This document shows positions 47,690 through 61,925 of a stretch of 64,000 nucleotides of DNA, one piece after another. The position numbers and the translations under genes were made by a program. Source of the stretch: Callorhinchus milii (taxonomy: Eukaryota). Location: positions 78,618,001-78,682,000 of the forward strand of contig NW_024704742.1 in NCBI RefSeq assembly GCF_018977255.1. The letters are read 5' to 3'. A model generated the notes under the pieces. The model saw only the letters and a list, made by a program, of their open reading frames with translations, had not been told where the DNA came from and searched no databases. Position 1 is the stretch's first letter. The number at the start of each line of letters is the position of its first letter.

Positions 47690-50600
47690 GCCTGCGGGCT
47701 GATGCCGTCCCGCTGTTCGCTCGCTCCCAGTCTTTGAGTGCGCGTTTTGGCTGCCGCCCCAACCCGAGCCTCCCCCTCCACTCTAACTGTCTCTACTCCC
47801 ACCTCCCTCTATCTGCTACTCCCCCTCTGTCCTTCTCTCCCACTGGCCCCCCGTCTTCTCTCTCTCCTTGACTCCATCACCACTTCCCTCTGCTCCTCCT
47901 TAAGGCAAACACAACTTCCCCCTCCCTCATACGTATCCTCACCAACTCTCTACTCACACCACTCTCCACAAACATCTCTCCTGTACACCCTAAAATCCTC
48001 TCCAAATCACTTTCTCCTCCAACCAGCAAACCCACCCGCATTTCCCTCCAAAATGTCCGTTCCCTCTCTAACAAAGCCCTCACCATCCATGACCTCACCC
48101 TGGACAAGCACCTTGACATTCTTGGCCTCACAGAAACCTGGCTCTCCCCCAATGACCACATCTCTCTAGTTGAAGCCTCCCCTCCAGACTACACCTTCCA
48201 CCACAGCCCCCGTCCGAACCAACATGGTGGTGGGTTGGCCTTTATCTCCAAAGCCTCTCTTGGTTTTACCCCCTACTCCTCTGTCTGCTTCCCATCCTTT
48301 GAGTACCTCACCCTCTTCCATCCCTCTATCCACTGAAAATCCTCCTTGTCTACCGCCTCCCTGAGCCCCCTGGCTCCTTCCACACAGACATCTCTACTCT
48401 CCTCTCTTCCTTGTCCCTCTGCTCCGAATGCCTGCTCATAATGGACAATTTCAACCTCCACCTAAACTCCCCTTGCACCACTTCTTCCGACTGCACTGCC
48501 CTCCTCTTTTCCCTAAACCTCACTCTTCACATTAACTCACCGACCCACAACTGCGGCTATGCCTTCCACATCATTATCACCCATGGCCTTGACATTTCCG
48601 ACCTTAGCATAGTGGACAAGGCCATCTCGGACCACTCCCTCATCTCCTTCTCCTCTCACATCCCTCTCTCCTCCACCAATCCTTCAACCATTCTCTACTG
48701 CCCATGGAAAAGGCAACCCCTTGAGACCCTCGAAAAGACCCTCACATCCTCAAATATCCTATCCCTCTGGCCTTCCACCCACAGAGATTCTGAAGCAGCC
48801 GTCCAACTGTTCCATGATCGTCTCTCCTCCACCTTCAACTCCCTCGTCCCCCTGAAATCCAGGACCATCTCCAAACCCACACGATCCCCCTGGTATAACA
48901 ATCATCTCCACTCCCTAAAAACCCAAACCCGGCTGCTCGAGCGCAGATGGCGGAAAACTGGCCTGACAGTTCACCACCAAATGTTGCTCGAGCATTTCCA
49001 CAGCTACCGCTGTTCTTTGACACCCGCGAAAACAGCCTTCTACTCCAACATCATCTTGGAGGCCAAAAACAATCCAAAAATCATTTTTTCCACCAACAAT
49101 TACCTCCTCCGTGCCCCCCTTAGGCCTCCTCAATCTTCACATCCAATACCAAGTCGAGGATGTCATGGACTTCTTTTCATCCAAAATCCACAACATCCGC
49201 CAGGCAGCCTCATCCGCCAGCTTCTTGTTACCCACCACCACCCCCTCTCCGTCCCCTTCACCCTCCCCATCATCAGCTCCTACTAAGACTCCCATCCTAC
49301 ATTCCTTCCTCCCCATCTCTCCCTCTTCCCTCTCACCCACCATCACCTCAATGAAACCCACCACCTGCTGCCTCGACCCCCTCCCCACAAACTTGCTGGT
49401 CACCCAGCTCCCCCTCCTCTGCCCACTACTGGCTGATGACATTAACCAGTCCCTCTCCTCTGGATCAGTCCCTGCCCCCATCAAAATGGCTGTCATCACC
49501 TCACTTCTCAAAAAACCTTCCCTAGATCCCTCAAACCCCAGCCATTACCGCCCCATTTCTAACCTGCCCTTCCTCGCAAAAGTCCTAGAATGCGTTGTTG
49601 CCAATCAACTCCACGCACACCTCTCCTCCCACTCCCTCTTCTAACCCCTCCAGTCCGGTTTCCGCCCTGCCCACAGTACAGAGACTGCGCTTGTGAAAGT
49701 CACAAATGACATCCTCTCTATCTGTGACCAGGGCTCCCTCTGCCTCTTGTCCTTCTGGACCTCTCCGTCGCGTTCGACATAGTCGATCACACCATCCTCC
49801 TCCACCGCCTTTCCTCCGTCATCCACCTCAATGGGACAACACTCGCCTGGTTCGAGTCTTACCTCACAAACCGCCAGCAGTACATAAACGGCTTCTCCTC
49901 CCACTCACACCCGGTTACCTGCAGGGTACCCCAGGGATCCATCCTTGGCCCCCTCCTCTTTCTGATCTACATGCTCCCTCTTGGGGATGTCATCCGCAGA
50001 CATGGGGTACACTTCCACATTTATGCGGATGACACCCAACTCTATTTTTCCACCACACTTTGCGACCCCCAGTCCCCTGATGTTCTGTCAGCCTGCCTGT
50101 CAGACCACAGGAGCTGGATGAGCGTGAATTTCCTTCAGCTGAACGTTGACAAGACGTTGACTTTGGCTCTCGTCAACATCTAAAATCACACGGTTCTCAC
50201 CTCCTCCACCTACCTGACCTCCCCCTAATACTCTCCGAACCCGTACGCAACCTAGGCGTCAGGTTCGACCCCCAATTATCCTTCCTCCCCCAAATTCGGT
50301 CCCTCACCAGCACCACTTTCTTACACCTCCGACGCATCGCCCGTCTCCACCAATACCTCACTCCAAAAGCTGCTAATACCCTGGTCCATGCCTTTGTTAC
50401 CTCTCGGCTGGACTATTCAAATGCCCTCCTCGCCGGTCTCCCCTCTACTACCATTTATAAAATCCAGGTCATACAAAACTCTGCCGCCCGCATTCTTACC
50501 CGCACCAAACTCCACTCCCCGATTACCCCAGTCCTTGCCAGACTGCACTGGCTGTCTGTTCCAGAGAGGATCGACTTCAAGATCCTCACCCTCCACTCCT

Positions 50601-50944
50601 CTACACCTGCCTACCTCTCTGACCTCCTTTCTCTCACAACAGTGCCTCCTGCCTTTGCTCCACCGGGTCTGGCTTCCTCCTTGTTCCCCGAGTTCTACTC
50701 TCCACCATCGGTGGCCGTGCCTTCAGCCACTATGCCCCAAGGCTCTGGAACTCCCTTCCTCACTCCCTTCATTTCGTCCCCTCTCTTCCCACTTTCAGGT
50801 CTCGGCTGAAGACCTTTCTTTTCAACTGCGCCTTTGGTCACCTTCCTCCCCCTCTCCCTGGCTCGGCCCGGGGATCCGTTACTGTGAAGCGCTCTGAGAT
50901 GCCATGCGGCATGGAGGACGCTATATAAATCCAAGTTGTTGTTG
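47690..50944 (+). mobile_element. Near-complete L2 LINE ORF2 (APE endonuclease + RT), disabled
   Basis: APE motifs LQNVRSLSNK...LGLTETWL...HGGGLAFI (~48040-48250) and DNFNLH; RT motifs YRPISNLPFLAKVLE, QGSILGP, YADDTQLY; (ttg)n tail. Several frameshifts and stops. 5' limit approximate. Confidence 0.93.
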
Positions 50945-52555
50945 CCCCCACTTCTCCCTCCTCCCTCTCAACAACGATCACCCGGATGAGACCTGCTGCC
51001 TCAAAACCCTCCCCACCCAGCTGCCCGTCACTCAACTCCCCCTCCTCGCCCCTCTGTTGGCCAACACAGTCAACCAATTTCTCTCCTCACTCCCCCTGAA
51101 AACTATTATCATCAAATCCCTCCTCAAAAACCCATCCTCGATCCCTCTAATCTCTCACACTACCATCCCATCTCCACCCTACCCTTCCTTGCCAAAGTCC
51201 TGGAACTCATTGTTGCAGGTCAACTTCAGTCACACCTCTCCCTCCACTCTCCCTTCAAACCCTTCTGTCTGGTTTTCACTCTGCCCACAGCACAGAAACA
51301 GCGCTTGTCAAAGTCACAAATGACATTCTCTCTCTCTGTGACCAGGGCTCCTTCTGCCTCCTCGTCCTCCTGGATCTCTCTGCTGCGTGCGACACAGTCG
51401 ACCATGCCATCCTCCTCCACAGTCTTTCCTCGCTTATCTACCTTAGCGTGACCACACTTGCATGGTTCAAATTCCGACTTAACCAACCACCTCCATTTCA
51501 TCTCAGCAAATGGTTTCTCTTCCCGCCCCCACCCAGTCACTTGAGGAGTACCACAGGGCTCCATCCTTGACCGTCTTCTGTTCTTTATCTATATGCTCTC
51601 TCTTGGTGATATTGTCCGCAGACATGGGGTAAACTTCCACATGTATGCGGATGACACATAAATCTCCTTTGCCTCCTCCAGTATCAACTCCAGATCCACT
51701 GATGTTTTATCAGCTTGTCTGGCAGACATCAGGGCCTGGATGAATGTAAACTTCCTGCAGCTAAATATGGACAAGACGGAAACCATATTCCTTGGCTCCT
51801 GTCAACGTCTTCTGAGGAAGTGAACCCGTCAACCTCCCTGAGCTCTCCCTAAAACTGAAATCCGGGTTAACCCCACCGTTCTTTTTCCCTCGCATCTGAT
51901 CCCTGGTAAGGACCGCCTTCTTCCACCTCCGCCACATTGGCTGCCTCCGACCAAACCTTAACCCAAATGCAGCCGAAATCCTCGTGCATGCATTTATCAT
52001 CTCCCACTTGGTTTTACTCCAACACATTCCATGCCGGTCTCCCCACTCCACCGTTCAAAAGATCCAGCTCATTCAAAACTCTGCCGCCCGCACACTGACC
52101 TGGATTAAACTCTGTACCCACATGTCACGAGTTCTGACCAGGCTCCACTGGCTCCCCATCACCGAACGGATCAACTTCAATATACTCAAACTCGTGTTCA
52201 AATCCATTCACTCCCTGGCACCCCCCTATCTCTCCGACCTTCTCACACCCCAATCCACCACCCGGCACCACCGCTCGACTGGCATCGGCCTCCTGCTCAT
52301 CCCTCACACCCTCTGCCCCACCATCGGAGGTTGCACTTTTAGCCAATATGCCCCCAAATTCTGGAAAACTCTCCCTCAATCCCTCTGCCTTGCCCCCTCT
52401 CTCCCTTCTTTCAAGTTCCACCTAAAATTTTCCTTTTTAATTGTACCTCCCCCTCCCCCCAGCTCGGAGTCAGCTCCACCACTGTTAAGCGCTCTGAGAT
52501 GCTACCCTGCATGGAGGGCATATATAAGTGCAAGTTGTTGTTGTTATTGTTGTTG
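50945..52555 (+). mobile_element. Second 5'-truncated L2 LINE in tandem
   Basis: RT motifs (atgtatgcggatgac = MYADD), LHWLPITERINF, and (ttg)n tail. Confidence 0.9.
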
Positions 52556-54854
52556 AGCCAATCTCAGCCAAGTCTGCTCCAAGGCTCAAGACTGGCAATT
52601 CAGAAGCTCACAAGCTGGCCACTCATGAACTTGGCCAAACTTCCTCTCAAACACACAACCCAAGTATGTAACAGTACTATCATATTGTATAGATATTCTG
52701 TTTCCTCAGTCTATAGCTTTCAATATCATTGCTAACCATATATTTATCCTTGTTCGGTGTCCAACCCCATCCCTGTGAAGCACTCTGAGATGTTACCCTA
52801 CATATATGAAGGGTGCCATATCAATGCAAGTTGTATTGAGCTTATTCAAGGAGTCAATTTAACAAATACATGTGCACAAAAATAAGAACTTATTCCATTT
52901 CTCAACACAAATATCACTCTCCCTAAATGTCCCAATATTAACCCCCCCCCCTGCCCCCCACCAACATTAACTTTGGCATTTCGAGAAAGATTTGCTCAGC
53001 GTGGACTCAGTTCAGTTGGCAGCCTCACCCCATGCTAAAGGCTTTACTGTGGCACAATGCCTGCAGTGCAACTGAGACATTATTACTCTCAATTTGTCAC
53101 TTCAACAGATTCTTAAATTGGGTTTCCTAACTTATCGTCCTCGAAGGGCTCGTCAAGAAAGTAATCATTAGTGCCTCATTCCTACAAAAATCACTTTGCT
53201 CCACAAATTTCATCTCACGCTGACTCAGGGATCTCAGCTCTGATGCTATCTTATGAGTTGATGTGATACACATGGGATTCCCAGTCGGAGATAAAGTTTA
53301 TGGCATAAACTGCAGTTTCTAGCAGCACCAATAATGCCACTACCTTCCTGAGCAACTCTTTCTCAGCCCCATTGTCTTAGCAAACTTTCCGAAGCGCACT
53401 ATGCCAGTGACAGCTGCAAAAGTTGGCTTTTTAAAGTACAATTTTGTGTTGGTGCATTTAGCTTTGCTTCACAGGGTTCCCATCTGAATGTACTATCTCA
53501 TCTGTTGTTTAGTATCAGTCCTGGTTCAAAGTATGCCTGCAGCAAGTGAATTTTAATTGCAGAGGACTGGAAGCAGAAGAGACTGATGTTATCTGAAGCA
53601 GCAATGTAAAATGACCAAACTAAATAAATCAAATTAAATCTGTAGTTGGAATAAATCGCTATTCTGCCTATTAGACTAATGCCTCTAAAGTTTAGCTCTT
53701 AAATCCTGTGGATGATTGAGGCAGCATCTTTTGTTGCTAGATTATGCCTCAAATCCTTCTCAATGATAAACTGAACTCTTGAATTAAGCATTCCTACAGG
53801 AACCACACATCTGCTGTGATACAGCATTTTGTTCGGAAATTGCATGAAGGAGAATAAAGTCCGACCTACGATTAGTGGATATAGTTGAAAAGGATAAGTA
53901 TACAGCTGAAGATCAGTAGAACTCGGGACCTTTAAAACCAGGGTTGATCTGATTTTCTTTTCACAATAAGTACTCTTTTTGTGTTGAAAGTCAATCGGTT
54001 GCAAAATTAATTTTCTTTGAAACTCCCACCCCAGACAGACAGACACACACAAACACACACACGTCTCCAATTTTGTTTTGCCTCTGGCTTCTGACATGCA
54101 TCACATCTTGCAGAGTGATGCATAAGTGATGTGCTCACAGATGGCCCACAGATGACCTGGCTCTGGCCTCCTACTTGTCCCTCGTCTCCTCTAAGCCTTC
54201 AGCTACTACGCCCGAAAGCTTTGGAACTCTCTCCCTCAAACCCTTCACTTTCTCCCGTTCTTCCTCTCTTTTAGATCACAACTGAAGACCTTCTTCTTCG
54301 ACCGTGCTTATGGTCACCTCCTCCCTACCCCCAGCTCGGCATCATACTCCACCACTGTTAAGCGCTCTGAGACGCTAGCCCATTGATAAATGCAAGTTGT
54401 TGTTGTCGAATCTTGGAATTGCGCATATTTAACCTCAGTGAGTAGCTGTATGTACCTAATATGCTTCCGATTGCTGTCCAAGTACATTGTGTGATGCTGG
54501 AATCACTCACAATCCAAGAGTAAAAGAGCTGTTTGGAGTTGTCCTATAATTTTGTTTTGGTATCTGGTTAATTTGATTGAGTCTCTTTGATGTTCCTGAA
54601 TAAACCCTGATTTCAACTGTTTCCACCGAGTTCTTTTTCCCAGATCAAACCCCCACCTCAATTTCTTCCTATTTTTTATGTTCTGAAAAATAGATCCAGA
54701 TAAAACAAATTAAAAAGAAACATTTATTTTTTGTTTTATTTTGTGAGTCAAATAATAATTTTAATGGTCCATAATTATTAATTACAATTTTTTGTTACAA
54801 TTCATAATAAAATTATATTGAGCTCTTTTGCCGATTATAGAATAAGGCATTAGC

Positions 54855-55770
54855 CTGGCTCATTGAGCTGCACTCTCAGCTCTGAGTCAAACATGCTCAA
54901 ATCCCTTCACTCTCTGGCACCTCCCTACACCTCCAACTTCCTCACTCCCCAATCCATCACCCGGCTACTCCGCTTGACTGGCACTGGTCTCCTGCTTGTC
55001 ACTCGTACCTTCCTCACCTCAAGATCCTCCTCTTCGACCGTGCTTTCGATCTCCCTGCTTCCCCCCTCCCCCACCCCAACCCTCAGCTCAGGTCCAAAAT
55101 TCTGTCTGTCCAGCGCCTTGGGACGTCCTCCTGATGTGAAAGGCGCTATACAAAGGTAATTTTGTTGTTGTTGTTATTGTTGTGCTTTTAGCCACCAAGC
55201 TTCGAAACTCTGGAACACTCTCCCTCCATCCCTCCTCCTTGCTCCCTCTTTCCACCTTTTCAAGTTCCGCCTAAAAAAATCTTTCTTCAACTGTTCTTAC
55301 GGTCACCTCCACCCCCAGCCCGGAGTCAGGTTCCACCTCTGGTAAGCGCTCTGAGACGCTACCCTACGTAGAGGGCGCTATAGTGCAAGTTGCTGCTGTT
55401 GTTGTTGTTGGGTTCAAGCCCCACATCATGATTTTTAGCTCATTGTCTGAGGCTGTCACTTCAATACAGTGTAAAAGAGTGCTGCATTGTTGGAGATGCC
55501 ACACTTCAGATGACAGTTTAAATCAAGATCCTTTCTGCCTTTTCAGGTGGACGTTAAAGATCTCAAACCACAATAAGGAATGGAAGCTTCTTCTAGTGTC
55601 CTGGCCAAGAATTTCTCAGATAAAATTCATCATTCACTTCATGGCTGTTTGTGTGATATTGCTATGTGCAAATTGGCAAATAGAGTCATTACACTTTACA
55701 ATGAGTCCAGTGAGATGTTCTCCCAACAGGAAAGGCACTCTACAAAATGCAAGAATCACCATTATTGTAT
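54855..55770 (+). mobile_element. Old Deu SINE split by two nested L2 3' ends (54890-55410)
   Basis: The SINE head '...ctctgagtca|' resumes as '|ggttcaagcccc' at 55411; two L2 tails end at ~55180 and ~55410. Confidence 0.75.
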
Positions 55771-58019
55771 TCTGAAGCTTCTGAGCTCACCAAAACCAGA
55801 ATAAGCATCATCCTAGTTTCGAGGCAGTAAGCAGATAGCCAATAGGACAGTTATATTGCAAACACCAGAAATTTTCAACAGATATCAGCAGCTTCACTTT
55901 CATTCTAATGAGTTTAATAAAAAAATATGCAATTTTTAACAAAAAACTATTTATTTCTGAATTTACTCTGTTCTTCCTAAGCTCCAGATACTTTTTCTCC
56001 CTCCCTGCCCATTCCCTAGGTTAATGTAATACTCAATGAGCACATCATATTTTACCTCATTTTTTCCAAAGACTTAGGGAGGACACTTTTGCAGGGATTG
56101 ATTTGGATAGCTCTTTTCAAAGAGCCGAATGGCCCCTTTCTGTGCTGCACAATTCTATGATTCTATGATGCTATGTCTCAATCCTGTTGTATTGAACTCC
56201 TTCCATTTCCCTTTCCTCTTACAATCTTCGACTTTTACATAAAGGTTACACGACAAATTACTTTGCTTTGTCTACTATTTTATACTTGTGAACTGCTTTA
56301 AAAGTTTTGACATTATAAGTGCTATTGTATATTAAATAAGACATCTCAAAGTGCTTCACCGAATAAATTGTAAAGCAGATTGACTGAAATTGTTGGTGAA
56401 ACATTTAGAGTTGTAATGGGCAAGTTTAGAAAAAATGTATTTCAAACACAGAAAGTAATTAACAGTTGGAACAGATTAGAGCAAGGGTCGTGAAGGTCTG
56501 GATACTGGATTCATTTGAGACATTTTAATGGGAAGATGGTAATGTGCATGTTCTTGAAGCTTGAGATCTAATTTAGTAAGTAATGTGCATTTTATCTTAA
56601 CTTACTGAGCAAACTGAAAGTGAGGACTGCATTTCCAACTCTGGAGCATGGAATCCTAAGAGGTAATGGAGCAAAACAAAAGTCCTTTGCAAATATTTTG
56701 GAGAAAGTTTAGAAACTGTGTGGTTCATTTCCACACTGGACAATATCTTTACCAGCTGAGAGAGTGAGGCAGATTCTCAATCTAGAATTTGTTATTCATT
56801 TCTTAGTTTTGCAGTGCCATTTGTAATAAGCATTTAAAAAATTAAAATAAGTTTTAATTTATGGTGCTGCATAAGCCCAAATCACTCCATGTTTAATTAA
56901 GGGCTCTGGGCCACTACCCTGCATGAGGGGTGCTAGATAAATGCAAGTTGTTGTTGTTAATAGCAGCATAAATCTCTGTTCATAATAATAAAATTGCCTT
57001 TTTTGATTAACCAAGTATCTGACGCATGTGAAGACCCATCACCGTGTTGGCCAACATGGTGATGGGTCTTCATGGCCAACACATCGGGAGAAACTCTCTT
57101 CTCTTTTAAAATAGTGCTGTGAAATGTTTAACGTACACCTGAAAAACTGGACGGAACCTTGGTTTAACATCTCATCTGAATACAACACATACAACAATGC
57201 AGTGCTCCTCCAAAACTGCATTGGAGTGTCAGTTTAAACTATGGTCTCAAAGTCCCAATTTGAGCCTTAAACCCACAACCTTCTGGCTTTGGGCAGGTTT
57301 CCTTACTTCACATGCCTCTGTTTACCTAGCAGTAGTTAGGAACCTGGTCTTTAGTCGATTCGCGGGTCACTTTTCCTGGGGTAATAATCCCTTCAAAAAA
57401 AAAAAAAATTTGGTCACTCAATCCACGACTGTTTGTGAGACATGCTGTACGCAATTGGCTGACACGTTTTGCCCACAAAATACACAGTTATTACACTTCA
57501 GAGTATATTCTGTGAAGCGCTTTGAGACGTCTCATAGATGTGATAAGGTGCTATATCAAATGCAAGGAATATTATTCTTATTATCTTGTTGACCGTCTCT
57601 ACGGTCATCTTTCCTCTCCCATTTCTCCATTGCTCAGTGTCTGACACAGGCCCTATGAAGCACTCCAAAATGTTATCTACTTAAAGGTGATTATTTTAAT
57701 GCATGTTGTTGGCTCCTACTGCACAATGGATTGTTTTCAAGATCCTCATGTTCACCTACTAATCATGTTTTCGCACCTCCCTGCTTCTCCAACCTGCTCA
57801 ACCACCGCCCCTCTACCCGGCCCTTTCGCTTGACTGGCTCAGGCCTTCTGTGCGTCCCTTGACCCCTCTGCTCCACCATCAGCAATCGTGGCATTTCAGC
57901 CACTATCCTAAAAATTCTGGAACTCCCTGACGCGATCCCTCCATCTTGTCCCTCTCTTTGATCACCTGAAATCTTTCCTCTTTGACTGTACCTAGGGTAC
58001 CTCCCCTTTCTACCTGCTC

Positions 58020-58762
58020 TATGTCAACAACAACAACAACAACAAAATTAGATTTATAGAGTGGGAAGACGTCCCAAAGTGCTGAACAGTCAGGTGTCGC
58101 GTCCCGAGCATGGGGGAGGGGTGGTGTAGGGGTGAGGGAAGGCAGAGAGGTGGGAGGGAGACCAAAAGCAGGGTCAAAGAGAAGGGTCTTGAGACCGGCC
58201 TTGAAGGAGGCAAGGGAGGAAGCGAGGCGAAGGGACCGTGGGATGGAGTTCCAGAGTGTGGGGGCAGGGAGGCTGAAAGCCCGGTCACCGATCGTAGGGC
58301 GGGTCGGGCGGGAGACATGGAGCAGACCGGAGCCTGATGAACGGAGGGAGCGGGCAGGTTGGTAGGGAGTCAGCAGGTCAGAGAGGTAGGAGGGGGCAAG
58401 GCCATGAATGGCCTGAAAGGTGAGGACTCGATCCTCTGGGGGATGGGGAGCCAGTGGAGTCGGGCGAGGGTGGGAATGATAGAGTCACGGAGCCTGGTGC
58501 ATGAGAATCCAGGAGCTGCAGAGTTTTGGATGATCTGCAGCTTGTGAAGGGAAGAGTTGGGAAGGCCGATGAGGAGAGAGTTCCCATAATCGAGCCTTGA
58601 GGTGACGAATGCGTGGGTGAGGGTTTGGGCAGCCTGAGGGGTGAGGCAGTGGCGGAGTCTGGCAATGTTGTGGAGGTGGTGGTAGGCAGTGCTGTTCATG
58701 GCGCGGATGTGGGGGAGAAAGGATAGTTCAGGGTCAAACAAGACACCCAGGTTCCTGACTGG
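58020..58762 (-). mobile_element. L2 LINE 3' fragment
   Basis: FDPELSFLPHI...HAFVTSRLDYGNSLL; very similar to 60510-61235. Confidence 0.92.
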
Positions 58763-59549
58763 CCATTGTTAAGTGCTCTGAGACGCAAGCTGTATTATTT
58801 CAGAATTTATCTGGAGTTTGTTTTGTTTTTACTTGTTGTGCTGCTCTGCTCCATAACAAATTTATTTTGACCATCATAAAAATCTTTAAATCCAATACAT
58901 TTGTTTTGATGTATAAAAAGTGACTACTGCAAATTTACAACTGGTGCAACCCCAGTTCCACTGCCATCTTCCCTTCACAAAGCCAGTTCCACATCTTAAA
59001 GAAAGCAGAAAAAGTAGTAAAAAAGATACAACATCCAACTCTAAAGGCAGGTATCCCTCACTGCTTCCTTCAAGAGCAAAAGCTGACTGTATTCTTCACT
59101 GATCAGCCGTGCCTCAAAATAGAGAGCAGGGAAACAATAATCATAAAAATGCCTGAATAATTCAAGCACTTTGGTCGGATGATCTATCCTGAGCTTTTGA
59201 AAGGGATTGATTTAACCATCACCACACAGTTACATAAATCCATTTAATGTGTTACAGCTCCAGTCATTTTCAATTGAAGTACTATAATGCTACAATGCTG
59301 TGTTTTAATTGTTTCCCGAGCCAGTGTTTGATGGCAGTGGAGTTGTCAGTGAGTAAGAAATGATGTTGCTGATGAGTTTTTATTTAAAAAAATGTCACTT
59401 TCTCTACAATCGTTCCATATCTGCATTGCAGTGAACACTAATACAGAACAAGGAATGGAATACGCAGTAGTTCACTGACGTGAGATACAGTGAGACATTG
59501 GGAGGGAGCTGCTAAGTTATATCTATCAAGAACTAGAATGCATTAGTCT

Positions 59550-59900
59550 ATAATAATAATAATTCTTACAATTGGTACAGCGCCTTTCACATCAGGAGGA
59601 CTCCCAAAGCATTTCATGGGATATACTGTACAGTGCAGTGACTGTATGTGGTTTGTGGGCAAATGCGGCAGTCAATTTGCACATCGCAAAGTTCCACAAA
59701 CAACCATGGCATGATTGACCAATTTTTATTTGGGGATATTTGGCCAGGGGAAGCTCCCTTCTCTTTTTAAATAGTGCCATGGGATCTCTAATGTCCACTT
59801 GAATAGGCAGACCGGTTCAAGTTTTCATCCAAAGGACAACACATCTGACAATGCAACCACCCCACCCCCCCATCGCTGCATTGGAATGTCAATTTAGACT
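59550..59900 (-). mobile_element. Old Deu-domain SINE
   Basis: Reverse complement of the Deu core ('aatagtgccatgggatct', 'gcggcagtcaatttgcaca'). Confidence 0.75.
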
Positions 59901-60509
59901 GAATGATTACAAATCCAGGTTAGATAGATCAATGTTCTATTCCTGTCTATCGAGCGGAATAAATTGCACTTACTTCACTGTTCCTCCTCTCCTTTACTTA
60001 AGATTTATGGGATAAGTATGAGGCCAGACTGTTTAAATTAAAAGGAATTAAAGTTTTAAAGTGAGATTAATGTAAGGAGGTTCTCTCATTACTCCAGTTT
60101 TGTTCAGCCATGTGTCTGAGACACATAGAAACCACTGCCATACTTATGAGTATCCAAACCAGACTAAGAGTTCCATGCATGTATGCCTCCTGCATGTGGA
60201 AATATCCTTGTGTTTGGATTGGGATTTGCACTCTCTCCCTGGAGGAACACACCCTGCTTACCTAATACTGGTAAGCAGGGAATGGCAAGAGCCAATAAAC
60301 ACCTGAAAGTGTCCATTCGCCAGGGTTTAACCTGCTAAAACTGTGGAAATTGTTATTGAAAGCAAGATTCCTGAGGCTTGATCAACTAGGACCATTAGGG
60401 CTTTAGTTTGCAGGGTTAACAGTGACAAAGAGGAAAGAATCGACACCTCCAGTGATCAGTCTGCCCGGTTAAGTTCTGTCGACACGCCAGGTGGGCTCAT
60501 CTGTGATCA

Positions 60510-61925
60510 ACAAAAACAACAACAAAATTACATTTATAGAGCACCTTTCACGTTGGGAGGACATCCCAAAGTGCTGAACAGTCAGGGGTTGGGGGAGGGG
60601 TGGTGTAGGGGTGAGGGAAGGCAGAGAGGTGGGAGGGAGACCAAAAGCATGGTCAAAGAGAAGGGTCTTGAGACTGGCCTTGTAGGAGGCAAGGGAGGAA
60701 GCGAGGTGAAGAGACCCTGGGATGGAGTTCCAGAGTGTGGGGGCAGAGAGGCTGAAAGCCCGGGCACCGATGGTAGGGCGGGTCGGGCGGGAGACATGGA
60801 GCAGGCTGGAGCCTAATGAACGGAGGGAGTAGGCAGGTTGGTAGGGAGTCAGCAGGTCAGAGAGGTAGGAGGGGGCAAGGCCATGGATGGCCTTAAAGGT
60901 GAGGATGAGGATCTTGAACTCGATCTTCTGGGGTATGGGAAGCCAGTGGAGTCAGGCGAGGGTGGGAGTGATGGAGTGTGAGAGTACACGAGCTGCAGAG
61001 TTTTGGATGACCTGCAGCTTGTGAAGGGAAGAGTTGGGAAGGCCGATGAGGAGAGAGTTCCCATAATCGAGCCTTGAGGTGACGAATGCGTGGGTGAGGG
61101 TTTTGGCAGCCTGAGGGGTGAGGCAGTGGCGGAGTCTGGCAATGTTGCGGAGGTGGTGGTAGGCAGTGCCGGTCATGGCGCGGCTATGGGGAGAAAGGAC
61201 AGTTCAGGGTCAGACAAGATACCCAGTTTCCTGACTGGCTTAGTGAGGTTCAGTTTGCAGCTGTGGAGGATGATGCTGCCCGAGGTGCGGAGGCGCTGGC
61301 CCGAGCCAATCAGGAGGGCCTCGGTTTTGCTGACGTTGAGTTGGAGAAAGTTGGCCCTCGTCCAGGACTTGATGTCGGACAGGCAGTCGGTCAGGACGCC
61401 AGTAGTCCTGGAGTTCAGGGTGGAAGCAGAGAGGTAGAGTTGGGTGTCATCCGCTTACATGTGGAAATTTACCCTATGTCTGCGGATGACGTCACCAAGG
61501 GGGGAGCATGTAGAGGGTGAAGAGGAGGGGACCAAGGACAGAGCCCTGAGGAACACTGCACGAGACAGTGCAGAGGCTGGAGGAGAAGCCGTTTGCTGTG
61601 ACAAAGTGGAGGCGGTGTGAAAGGTAGGACCTGAACCAGTCAAGGACAGAACCTTGAAGGTTGAGGTGGGAAAAGAGGTGGTGGAGGAGGATTGAGTGGT
61701 CCACGGTGTCAAAGGCAGCGGAGAGGTCGAGGAGGACGAGGAGGCAGAGGGTCACACATGGTCAGGATGTCGTTCGTGACCTTGACCAGAGCAGCTGTGG
61801 GCAGCACGGAAACCCGATTGGAGGGATTCATGGAGGGACTGAGAGGAGAGGAAAGAGCGAAGCTGGGAGATAACGGCTCTCTCAAGGACCTTGGATAGGA
61901 AGGGGAGATTTGAGATGGGCCGGCA
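60510..61925 (-). mobile_element. 5'-truncated L2 LINE (RT to tail)
   Basis: [38 protein letters not shown]; (caa)n tail. Confidence 0.93.

Noticed and set aside
48411..49644. 291-aa and 177-aa ORFs as host genes
   Set aside because: They are frameshifted pieces of L2 ORF2.
53699..54097. 132-aa minus-strand ORF as an exon of the expected syntenic neighbour TMEM178A
   Set aside because: No similarity to TMEM178 or claudin-like sequence as I recall it. No TMEM178A or SLC8A1 exons were recognised in the window.
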